This document shows, in pieces, positions 7,622 to 16,600 of a DNA stretch of 64,000 nucleotides. Origin of the DNA: a virus; IMG/VR virus record IMGVR_UViG_3300045988_120652, one strand, 5' to 3'. Position numbers and translations under genes: made by a program. Below the pieces are notes generated by a model. The model was given only the letters and a program-made list of their open reading frames with translations. It was not told where the DNA came from and made no database searches. Numbering within the stretch: the first letter of the stretch is position 1; each line of letters starts with the position of its first letter.

Positions 7622-7789
7622 TTCACCGTAGATAACTAACTGATAATCAACACGCTCGGAACCTCTTAATATAATATAATTATAAGATATGTTTTTTCCC
7701 CTTTTCAAAAGGAATAGAATAATAGTTTATATTATATTATATTAAGGAGATTTTGAGGAGTTGAAAATCAATTAGTTAGAGCATATGAA
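7622..7789. promoter_or_regulatory. AT-rich origin core with nested palindromes
   Basis: CTTAATATAATATAAT (7664-7679) pairs with ATTATATTATATTAAG (about 7730-7745). These flank CCTTTTCAAAAGG. The core lies between opposed iteron sets. Confidence 0.6.
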
Positions 7790-7874
7790 GTAAACAAAAA
7801 CGTAGGAGTTGGTAAACAAAAACGTAGGTTTTGGTACATAAAAACGTAGGTTTAAGTACATAAAAACGTAGGTT
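7790..7874 (-). repeat. iterons, inverted set (4 x 19 nt at 22-bp spacing), abutting the rep start codon
   Basis: GTAAACAAAAACGTAGG(AG/TT) at 7790 and 7812. GTACATAAAAACGTAGGTT at 7834 and 7856. The last copy ends at 7874 and the ATG is at 7875. Confidence 0.85.
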
Positions 7875-9434
7875 ATGGCAAAGAAAGCGAAAAAAGAAGA
7901 CAAAGAAGGCAAACTTCAACTTGCTTTGAATGAACTGCGCTGGATAAACACTCCTGTCAACTATACATCATACGCTAAAAGCTATTCCCTCATACAACAG
8001 GATGTTATGTTGTTGGTAAGCGGACGGCTGCAAGACCATTTTGCCAAGTTCTTGAACGAACACCGCTATTTGAGCAAAGAACGTCCTAATGGGGGCATAA
8101 CGAAAGAAGATCTGTTGAAGATGGGACCGATACGTTTGCGCCTGGCTGACTTCGGCATAGATAGCAGTCATTATGACGAGTCGGTGAAGGTGATAAACCA
8201 AATGAAGAAAATAGAGTTTCATCTTCCTCGGTTTGATTCGGAGACAGGACTTAGAAAAGGCGAGGACTACATGCCAATCTTCAGTAAGATATTTATTCCA
8301 AAGAACTTCACGTCACGGGAAGGCGAAGATTTCAATTATTCTGGAGACGGTGAGATTAAGATTGATGAGGACGGACAGGAAGTACGCAAGTTTCGACGTG
8401 ACGGATATATCGAGGTCACGATAAACATAGAGGTTGCAAAAGCTGTGTTTGATATGACAGATGGATATTTTAATCATCTTGAACGTATCGCCTATTTCTG
8501 CAATTCGGCTTACACGTCACGTCTTTATCTCCTGCTGATGAAGTATGCGAGCAAGGGACAGATGCACCCTGCTATAGATTACCGTGAGTTAAAAGAAGCA
8601 TTGGGAATGTTTAAGGTAGACGTTGAGAAAAGCGACGATACGCAACCTGCAAAGGTTGTGACTACCGAGAAATATCAGAAATTCTCACAGTTCCGCAAAC
8701 AGGTGTTAGATGTGGCGCGTGGCGACATGGAACGACTATGTGAGGAAAATAAGATAGAGATAATGCTCTCGTGCATCGACCCAGAAAAAAAAGGTTACGA
8801 GCCTATTTATAGAGGCAGCGCAAAACGAGGCAATCCTGAAAAAATAAAGTTTCACATTAAGCGCACGCCGTTGGGTGTGGCGCGAGATTTGGAGCTGCAT
8901 CGTGGCTCGTCAGAAAAGCGTTTGTGCACCAAGCTGATGTCGTTATACCCTACACTCGACGAAGAACGGCTCAAGACGTTTGTTGCTGATGTTCCAGAAG
9001 ACCTTTGGAACGACTTCAAGGCGTATGCCTATAATGGCGTGCCCCAGGCAGTGGAGCAGCCGCATAGATGGAGTGGCACGATGGAGGACTTCGTGTTTTA
9101 CATTATGGAGCAATGGATAAAGCAGCATAGCGCGAAGGCCGAGGCACAGCAACAGACTTTTGCCTTTGCTGAAGTCGAGGAAGTGAAACCAGGTGAAAAA
9201 GAGTGGCAGATGTTTTTGCGCTTGATTGATAAGCAACTTGCGTCCGACTTGAGCAAGGTTAGGTACCTATCGTTTGAGGATGGTGCTGTATGTTTGGGCG
9301 TGGAGAATAAATCTCAAGTAGAAATGATAGAAGAGCATTTTGTCGATGTTGCCGTTTTGTCCCATGCGCAGAAATGCGCCGTTAAGATATTCGGCAAGAA
9401 AATTTCCCTGAACTATAAGATTGTAAAACAATAA
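7875..9434 (+). CDS. rep: plasmid-type replication initiator (Rep_3-like)
   Basis: Iterons lie directly upstream. SYSLIQQDVMLLVSGRL and YFCNSAYTSRLYLLLMKY resemble the two winged-helix signature segments of Rep_3 initiators. Confidence 0.7.
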   Translation: MAKKAKKEDKEGKLQLALNELRWINTPVNYTSYAKSYSLIQQDVMLLVSGRLQDHFAKFLNEHRYLSKERPNGGITKEDLLKMGPIRLRLADFGIDSSHYDESVKVINQMKKIEFHLPRFDSETGLRKGEDYMPIFSKIFIPKNFTSREGEDFNYSGDGEIKIDEDGQEVRKFRRDGYIEVTINIEVAKAVFDMTDGYFNHLERIAYFCNSAYTSRLYLLLMKYASKGQMHPAIDYRELKEALGMFKVDVEKSDDTQPAKVVTTEKYQKFSQFRKQVLDVARGDMERLCEENKIEIMLSCIDPEKKGYEPIYRGSAKRGNPEKIKFHIKRTPLGVARDLELHRGSSEKRLCTKLMSLYPTLDEERLKTFVADVPEDLWNDFKAYAYNGVPQAVEQPHRWSGTMEDFVFYIMEQWIKQHSAKAEAQQQTFAFAEVEEVKPGEKEWQMFLRLIDKQLASDLSKVRYLSFEDGAVCLGVENKSQVEMIEEHFVDVAVLSHAQKCAVKIFGKKISLNYKIVKQ

Positions 9435-9441
9435 ACATTCA

Positions 9442-9480
9442 CACCGCTTACCCTTCCCAATGGTAAGCGGTGTTTTATTT
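9442..9480 (+). terminator. intrinsic terminator of rep
   Basis: CACCGCTTACC-cttcccaat-GGTAAGCGGTG (11-bp stem) followed by TTTTATTT. Confidence 0.8.
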
Positions 9481-9541
9481 TGTCCTGTTGGTCTCAGCGA
9501 CTTTTTCTAATTTTGTACGCAGAAACCAACAAGACATATAT

Positions 9542-10180
9542 ATGGAAAAAATCAGAAATATTATGTTATGGCTTATGGCTGTAATCATGCTCGTGGGCTG
9601 TGCTGCTTCGCGGAAGACGGAAGGTAGCAAGAGCGAGGAGCGACGGGACAGCACGGTTGAAGCCATTACGGACAGTGTGAAGAAGTCGGATGTGAAGACT
9701 GATAGCACTGTTGCTTTTGTTACAGACGAGAGTCATACGTCCGGCACCACAAGCGAGAAGGGTAGGGGAGAGGAGACCGTCCAGGAGCGAGTGACCGAGA
9801 GCACGGACGCTCAAGGCAACAAGACCACCACTACTGACCGCACCATCCACCGTAAGGGTGACTATGAGCGCAATAGTTCTTACGAGGAACATTTCAAGCA
9901 TCTGGAATCGACCATATCACGTATGCAGCATACGATAGACAGCCTTGTGTTGAGCAACAGGCTGAATGTGGGTACCCACTGGGCAAAGAAGGACAGCACG
10001 AATGTGACGAAGGAGAAGAACACAAAAGAGATAAAAGACATTTCTTTTGAAGACTTTATGTGGAAAGCCATGAAGGAACTTGCATTCTGGGCTTTTGTAT
10101 TATTATATATATTAGGACTATTATCATGGCTAAAAGACAAGACAGAGGAATGGTTGAACTCTCGGAACAGCCGGAAGTGA
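9542..10180 (+). CDS. putative lipoprotein with C-terminal TM helix (212 aa)
   Basis: Start moved to MEKIRNIMLWLMAVIMLVGC (signal peptide with lipobox L-V-G-C). The track start at 9470 lies inside the rep terminator. The middle is Ser/Thr/Glu-rich and the C-terminus is hydrophobic (LAFWAFVLLYILGLLSWL). Confidence 0.6.
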   Translation: MEKIRNIMLWLMAVIMLVGCAASRKTEGSKSEERRDSTVEAITDSVKKSDVKTDSTVAFVTDESHTSGTTSEKGRGEETVQERVTESTDAQGNKTTTTDRTIHRKGDYERNSSYEEHFKHLESTISRMQHTIDSLVLSNRLNVGTHWAKKDSTNVTKEKNTKEIKDISFEDFMWKAMKELAFWAFVLLYILGLLSWLKDKTEEWLNSRNSRK

Positions 10181-10422
10181 CGCTACAGGACTTCGTTATC
10201 CCTGCCAAGATAGAGGCGTTCTGCGAGAAATACAAGCCTCTCGACCATTGGCGTGAAGATTGCGACATGTTTACCGACTATCAGCTTCGCTCGTACTTCA
10301 AGGCAGTGGTGTGTCCGTTGGGCGATCCGCTGGCATTGTACCTTCAGGAGTTGGCTGTGAGAGGCTTTAAGATGAAGGATGATGAATGTGGAGAGCCGGT
10401 AATCTACGCTGCGCTAAGGTGA
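10126..10422 (+). CDS. hypothetical protein (98 aa)
   Basis: The first ATG (MAKRQDRG..) overlaps the previous gene by 55 nt, so the start is uncertain. Confidence 0.4.
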   Translation: MAKRQDRGMVELSEQPEVTLQDFVIPAKIEAFCEKYKPLDHWREDCDMFTDYQLRSYFKAVVCPLGDPLALYLQELAVRGFKMKDDECGEPVIYAALR

Positions 10423-10454
10423 TTTTTGAATTGTTTAATTTGAATTAAGAATAT

Positions 10455-10979
10455 ATGAAGAAACTTCATTATTATTACAAGATTTCGGCTACATCTAATG
10501 TTGGCCGAGACATTCAGGCGTTTATGCTCCGTTGTCAGGAAGCCGAAGAAAAGGCGCGTGAATGGGTAGAAAGACAGGGCGCGAGTAGTTACTACGAGTC
10601 GCCTGAAGGCATGGCAGGTGGAGTGGGAGCCGTGGAGTTTGCTGACACTACTGGACGTGACGGTTGGGACAAGGAAGTGTCGCCCGACGGACGTGTGTTC
10701 TTCTTCCCCATCGAAGGCACCGACTTGGAGAAAGAGATGAATGCCCTGCCAGTCGTGAGTGAGGCCGAGCTGTTTGGCATACTCACCCTTCAGCCGAAGC
10801 GTACTAAAGACAACCTGCCATTGCCCATGACATTTGGCAATAGCACCCCCATCGTGTTCTTGCATCAAGGCTTCTGGTATGCCGATGTTCCGTATGTAAG
10901 CGCCGACATGACGCTAACGAAGATAGAAGAAAAGGAGTTTTATCGTCGCAAGATGGCAGCGATAAACGAACATAAATAA
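10455..10979 (+). CDS. hypothetical protein (174 aa)
   Basis: ATG ORF. The antisense ORFs over it look like shadows. Confidence 0.55.
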   Translation: MKKLHYYYKISATSNVGRDIQAFMLRCQEAEEKAREWVERQGASSYYESPEGMAGGVGAVEFADTTGRDGWDKEVSPDGRVFFFPIEGTDLEKEMNALPVVSEAELFGILTLQPKRTKDNLPLPMTFGNSTPIVFLHQGFWYADVPYVSADMTLTKIEEKEFYRRKMAAINEHK

Positions 10980-11025
10980 GTAGTATATCATAAGTGGTTA
11001 ATAATTAGGTTTTAGTTTAGATTAG

Positions 11026-11071
11026 TTTTTTTTGCGTTACCCGTCCGTGATGGATAGGTAACGCTTTTTTT
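11026..11071. terminator. bidirectional terminator, conserved-apex family (copy 2)
   Basis: T8, GCGTTACC, cg-UCC-GUGAU-GGA-ua, GGTAACGC, T7. It lies between convergent genes. Confidence 0.75.
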
Positions 11072-11076
11072 GTATG

Positions 11077-11760
11077 TCAATCACGTGTAGGATGGTCAGC
11101 GACCATATAGCCATCGTTCATGCCCATGTTCATATTTGCGTTGTGTTTCGCTTCGTTTAGCATACGAGTGAGATTAGCTATCTGTTTTTGTTGCTCGGCA
11201 ATAACATCGAGCAGACGATGCTGCTGTGTCATGTGCCTATTCTCTAATGCCACGATAGCCGCAAGGTTAGCGTCACTGATATTGTCAGTTATAGGCAGAC
11301 TCGTATTTTCCTTCTCGCCTACAGTGTTGCTGGCAGTAGGCTTTGCAGTCTCTTGCGTATCATCAGCTTCTCTCGGCTTCATAACAACGCCAGGCACTAC
11401 TGATGGGGTAATGCGTACATCAAGAGGGTTGAGCATAGAGCGTTCTCCGTGCTGACGTTCCTCCGTGCCACTTGCGTAGCCTTGTACTGGTTCAAGAATA
11501 TCGTTAGGTGTAGGCATGCCAGGCACAACAGCTCCGTCTGCGCCCGCATCTACATCGCGGAAGAAAGCAGATAGAGGAATTTGGAACGTGTTACAGAGTC
11601 GTAGCATACTGATGACGGGCATCGGCCCCTCACATCTTATCCACGCCTTAAAACGATTGTTAGACTTGGCGCCGAGAGCTTGCAGAATCTCACCTTTGGG
11701 GATGTCTGGGTTAGCATCGAGCCATTCATTAAGAAACGAGAAATTGTATTGGTACATCAT
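11077..11760 (-). CDS. HTH (XRE/cI-like) regulator with C-terminal coiled coil: candidate repressor
   Basis: Start set at MMYQ. The N-terminus GEILQALGAKSNNRFKAWIRCEGPMPVISMLRLCNTFQIPLSAFF is HTH-like. It is transcribed divergently from 11890. Confidence 0.55.
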   Translation of the reverse strand: MMYQYNFSFLNEWLDANPDIPKGEILQALGAKSNNRFKAWIRCEGPMPVISMLRLCNTFQIPLSAFFRDVDAGADGAVVPGMPTPNDILEPVQGYASGTEERQHGERSMLNPLDVRITPSVVPGVVMKPREADDTQETAKPTASNTVGEKENTSLPITDNISDANLAAIVALENRHMTQQHRLLDVIAEQQKQIANLTRMLNEAKHNANMNMGMNDGYMVADHPTRD

Positions 11761-11855
11761 AGTGATAAGTGTTAATGTAGAACCTTTAATTATTAAAAAA
11801 TGCAAAAGAATTGATTTGATCAATAATAAGTATTGATAATTTCAATTTTAAGAAT

Positions 11856-11863
11856 TATATTTG
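11856..11863 (+). promoter_or_regulatory. -7 box TATATTTG for 11890
   Basis: Matches TAnnTTTG, 27 nt before the ATG. Palindrome TTGATCAA and a TATTGATAA repeat lie just upstream (11811-11840). Confidence 0.45.
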
Positions 11864-11889
11864 CATCAAATTTAAGAAATAAGAATTAG

Positions 11890-12387
11890 ATGACCAAGGA
11901 AATTGTTGAAAAAATCACAAGATCATACACACCATTGCAGACAGATGACATGTCGGTTGAAGACAAGAAGTCTCTGTATGTGACTTTGGCAAAGAAGGGT
12001 TTTACTCTTGCCACTTTCTACCTTCGTTTCTTTCAGAAGGGATTTTCTGAATGGGAGATAGATGGCATCAATGAGTGTAAACGCCAATTCTTACTATTGC
12101 CCGACGTGTCGCAGCCATTGTTAGAATATGTGGACGAGAACGACCTACAGATGGTGAAAGGTGATAAGGGGTATCTCTATACCCTGGCGCAGAGCAAAGA
12201 GCCCGGTATATTCTATTCTTGCCTAAAGCGTGTGAACGCTGGTATGTGCAACAAGTTTATTGCTTACATGAACGAGCGAGGAATGAGTGCGGCAACCGTG
12301 ATAAAGCGTTTCACCACCGAGAACTGGAGACCGTGGGAGCAGGAAGGCATACGAGCCCTTCTTACTTCTTATACAACTAACGAATAA
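11890..12387 (+). CDS. hypothetical protein (165 aa)
   Basis: ATG ORF divergent from the repressor-like gene. Confidence 0.55.
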   Translation: MTKEIVEKITRSYTPLQTDDMSVEDKKSLYVTLAKKGFTLATFYLRFFQKGFSEWEIDGINECKRQFLLLPDVSQPLLEYVDENDLQMVKGDKGYLYTLAQSKEPGIFYSCLKRVNAGMCNKFIAYMNERGMSAATVIKRFTTENWRPWEQEGIRALLTSYTTNE

Positions 12388-12405
12388 TTATAATGTACTA
12401 AAAAT

Positions 12406-13080
12406 ATGCTTGATATTACGCTTGATTTTGAGACTTGTTCTCTGACTCCTACCGCGGCTGTAATGTCGATTGGTGCCGTGGCATGGAAGCGAGATAGCGA
12501 GAAATCTCCTTTTTATAATCTGAAAGATGGTAGTACACAGGATCCTTCAAGTGTATTCTCTTGCCACATCGACCTTCGTAGTATGTTCGTCAACAATTAC
12601 ACTTTCGACGGCAAGACCGCAGAATGGTGGGGTGCAAAGAGTGATGAAGCGAAAGCCTCGTTGTTAAGCAATGACAGCTATGAGTTGCCTTGCCGACCTA
12701 TCGAAGTGGCTGTTAAGGACCTATTTGAGTGGATAGAGGACTTCAAAAAAGAGCATGGCAATCAGGACGTGTGTCTTTGGGCGCAGGGCTCAGATTTTGA
12801 CATAGCTATCTTGCGTAATATCTGTTATAAGTTGAATATCAACATCCCTGTAAATTATACCTATTTTCGCGACCATCGTACATTTCTCTATGAGGCAGCC
12901 CGACTGATATGCAATGCGTGTGGTGTGTTCTATTATCCAGAAAAGGCTTATGACCTTGTGGAAGACTATAAGGACGTGGAGAGGGGTGCGGAGCATGACC
13001 CCGTGTTTGATTGCAAGCGCAGCATATATTCAACGTGGCAGATGATGAAGAAATTGACTCATCTGAAATATCCGGAGTAA
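12406..13080 (+). CDS. DEDD-family 3'-5' exonuclease
   Basis: Exo I ITLDFETCS, Exo II WAQGSDFDIAILRN, Exo III AEHDPVFDCKRS (DEDDh pattern). Confidence 0.75.
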   Translation: MLDITLDFETCSLTPTAAVMSIGAVAWKRDSEKSPFYNLKDGSTQDPSSVFSCHIDLRSMFVNNYTFDGKTAEWWGAKSDEAKASLLSNDSYELPCRPIEVAVKDLFEWIEDFKKEHGNQDVCLWAQGSDFDIAILRNICYKLNINIPVNYTYFRDHRTFLYEAARLICNACGVFYYPEKAYDLVEDYKDVERGAEHDPVFDCKRSIYSTWQMMKKLTHLKYPE

Positions 13081-13082
13081 TA

Positions 13083-13499
13083 ATGCCTAACCACGAGTAT
13101 CTGAATTACCCCTATATCCCCAACCGCCGGAACAAAAGGCAAGGACGGCCTACGCATCGTGAATATCTGCACCGTATAGCTTATACCGAGACCGTGCGCG
13201 ACTATGACAGCGATAACAAAGTGCTGCTCTTCCACGCTCCATTCGCCTTAGTGAAGGATGTGTGCCAGAAGTTGTTCACGATGATGCAAGGCAATGTAGG
13301 GAATATAATAGTAAGAAATGAGCATTCCTGCCGAGTGAAAAACGGCAAATGCTATTGGCGTGTGGCTGTGGAGATAATCGATCTTAATGAGAGCTTCATT
13401 TCGTTCAAGGATTTCGTGCTGATGCTGATTAGCTGCATGAAGAACTTGGCTAACTGCACCATCCGACACTTCCGCACGGAGACGTTTCTGAACTTATAA
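13083..13499 (+). CDS. hypothetical protein (138 aa)
   Basis: Start set at the ATG 3 nt after the previous stop (MPNHEYLNY..). Confidence 0.5.
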   Translation: MPNHEYLNYPYIPNRRNKRQGRPTHREYLHRIAYTETVRDYDSDNKVLLFHAPFALVKDVCQKLFTMMQGNVGNIIVRNEHSCRVKNGKCYWRVAVEIIDLNESFISFKDFVLMLISCMKNLANCTIRHFRTETFLNL

Positions 13500-13528
13500 A
13501 TAACAAATGTAAAAGCAAAAAGAATAAA

Positions 13529-13670
13529 GGACAGCACGACGATGGAGGTAGCGTTAACGCCCTCCTATAAGTAAGCCTCGCCAGTAATAAGGAACTGAAG
13601 GCCTCGGAGATTGAGCAAGGCTGAAAGAAGTTTGGCACATCGTCGGCTGTCCCTTTTAAATAATAAAGGG
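13529..13670 (+). promoter_or_regulatory. structured leader upstream of the primase-helicase gene
   Basis: GGACAGCaCGACGATG (13529-13544) pairs with CATCGTCGGCTGTCC (13638-13652). Inside is the hairpin GGAGG-ua-GCG-UUAA-CGC-CCUCC. A second hairpin, CCCTTTTA..TAAAGGG, lies just before the ATG. Confidence 0.45.
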
Positions 13671-13675
13671 AAACT

Positions 13676-16600
13676 ATGTTCTTTCATCCTATAATAAATC
13701 GTCTCGCCAACATCGACCTGCACCTTCTCGTGAAGCCTGCCAACGAGCAGCGCATCGAAGGTCAGACCGCGTGTTTTTGTCCTATCTGCAAGAAGGGACA
13801 GGACGCGGATGCCGATGTCAAGCAGACACCTCACTTCATTATCTACGAGAATGAGCGAGGTGGACTGTATTCGGGTGTGGGCGTTGACGACAACCGAATG
13901 GCAGAGCATGGTGCCGTAAAATGGAAATGCACCCGTACGGGTAAGACTGGCTATGGAGCCATCGAGCTGTATGCAGCCAAGATGAATCTTCCGATGCACG
14001 GATATAGTCTTCAGCGTATCTGCCAGAGACTCGCAAAGGATGTGTATGGCGATACCGATGAGGTGCGCTGTGCCTTCCCAGAGGTGTTTGCCAAGATGGA
14101 CTACCGTACTCGGGCACAGCAGACCATCGAGACCTTCTCTTTCATGCCGAAGACCGACTTCTCGCCACAAGAGCTTGCAGCCCTTGGGTGTGAGGTGACG
14201 CTTGACAAGGGGCTGCCTCGCTTCGGCTTTGGCAGTACGTTTACGCCCGACATGCTCAACAAGGACTTCCGTATCTATTCCCTTCTGAGCGTGACGCTGC
14301 CTGATGTGATACGTGACGGTCAGCATGTTAGCGAGATTATCCACGGCACACCCTGGAATCCGCTGTTCGTATGCTTCGCCTCGCAGGAGATAGGTCCGCA
14401 AAACTCATACGGATGTTTCTTTCGTCCGGCAATGGCAGGGAGCGAACCAATAGTGTTCTCTACCGCCGAGGAGCACAGCGTGAGGAAGGTGAGTAAGTGG
14501 CTCATGGGCGACAATGTGTTTGTATATGCGATGGATCAGCGCAAGAGCGACAACACAGCCGTTCATGCGGCCATTGCAAAGTACGACCCCGAAGAGAAAT
14601 ATACTGAGACCAAGGAGGTGTGGGAAGAGAACGAGACCAAGGACGGAGAACCGAAAGGTACGTTCAAAAAGGTGGACGTGAAAATCCCCACCGCCGAGAT
14701 AAAGGCTCGCAACATCGTATTTTGCCGCACACCCGAAGACGCATTGAGCGTGTATTATGCCATGCGTTCCTTGCGCCTTGACAAGGCAGAAGACCAGCAT
14801 TTTCAAGACTTCTGCTGGTATCACGTGGCGTTCTCCATCGGACGGAGAAATTTCTGGTATATCGAGCGTGGCGAATGGAAACGGGAGAATCTTGATTTCA
14901 GGGCTGTGCAATATCAGAAGATGAACCGATTTGCCGAGCACGTCATCATCCTATACCCCAACGATATTGCCTCACAGCGCGACTGCGGAGCTATATGCAC
15001 CAAGTTTAGTTCATTGTATTATGCAATGCTGCCCGAAGGTTTCCGCTCACGTTATTGCCGACGCTGGCAATGGCTGTTCGGATGTTCCCCAAGGTCGGTG
15101 CGCGACTATCTGTTGACATATACCATGAACGCTGAAGAAAACTTTCAGTTTGATCATGACCTTCGCCTTCCGCTTTACTCCCGATTGCGTGGAGCAAGAA
15201 ACACGGAGCCATTTGAGATAGAATATCCGCGTGACCCTCGAAGTGGAAAACTAAAGCCGCCTACCTGTAAGGTGTCGCCCACAAGATTATGGCTCTTTAT
15301 GACTTGTCACGGTTATTATCGTATGATAGACCCGGAGAGCACCGACCTCGTGGGCCAATATATCCATCTGAACAAATGCTTTGTCGAGTATATCGACGCA
15401 AAGAGCATAATGCAAGCTGCAAAAACTCTATTGATGGACTATGTGGAACAGGCTTGGCGGCACAACGACAATGAGCGACGTATGATGTCCGATTGCGCAA
15501 ACATGATAGACAAGACGTTTAACGAGAAGTCTGCGGGAGGTTTGCAGAGTATGGTGATAAACTTTGCTGATGCGTTCTATGCCAAGACAGAGTATTTCTA
15601 CTTCAATAATGTGGCATTGAAGATAACGCCCGACAGCATCCGCACGGTGTCTTACGACGACATCAACTTCTTCATCCCCTCGCTCGCCAAGAAGCCGTAT
15701 GACTTCACGATGCGAGTGTTCGATCCTCCTTTCGTTATTAAGGAAAACGAGGAATATCAGAGTAGGCTTCGGTCTATTGATACCAAAGAGGCAATGAGAA
15801 ATGAGGACGGTTCGCCGGTGTTCTCTCTATCAGAAATCAAGCAGATGCGTTCCGACCTTATGGAGTGGGCGCAGACCTACCGATGGCTGGTAGAGTGGCG
15901 CAGCAAGCGCGAGCAAGACTTATGGCCCATACTTCGTGTGGTGCGCGGTTGTTCAAACGTGCTTTGGCAAGAAGAATTGGAAGCCCAGCGCAATAAGAAG
16001 TCGCTTACGCCTGATGCAATAGCTATACAAAATGCACACTTTGCCAATATGCTTTCCGGTATCGGGCGTTTGTGCTATCGTTCATGGGATGGTATGCAGA
16101 ATATCTGCCCTTACTTTCTTGAGGATAAGATTCCTGACGAGAAGCAGGCGAGTGGCGGTAGTGGTAAATCGGTAATGGTAAATCTTGTGGTGGATGCAGC
16201 CGTAAACGTGCTGCCTATAGATATGAAGTCGTTTAAGGATATTGAAAGCGCAAAAAACTGCCTTACCGACATTCTGAAATATCCAGGCAAGTACAGAACG
16301 GTACATTGGGAAGACCGACCTAAAGGTTTCCCCTTGCAATACTTCTATGTGAAGGTGACACGAGGCACTAATGTAGAGCGCAAGTATGGCGATCCTATCT
16401 CCCTGAAAATGGAAGAATCGCCCTTGCACGTCATTACATCCAATTACCCATTGTCGGATGATGAAGGCTCTACCGTAGGTCGATTCCCCTTGGTTAGTTT
16501 TTCAGATCGCTTCTCACGAGGCAACTCTATGAAAAACGAGCCGCCACGATCGCCTTCGGACGTGATGAAGAACTTCACGCTTGACCCTGCAAAGCTCACC

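Noticed and set aside
9470-9541. Track start at 9470 for the lipoprotein gene
   Set aside because: These codons overlap the rep terminator hairpin. A signal peptide with a lipobox begins at the ATG at 9542.
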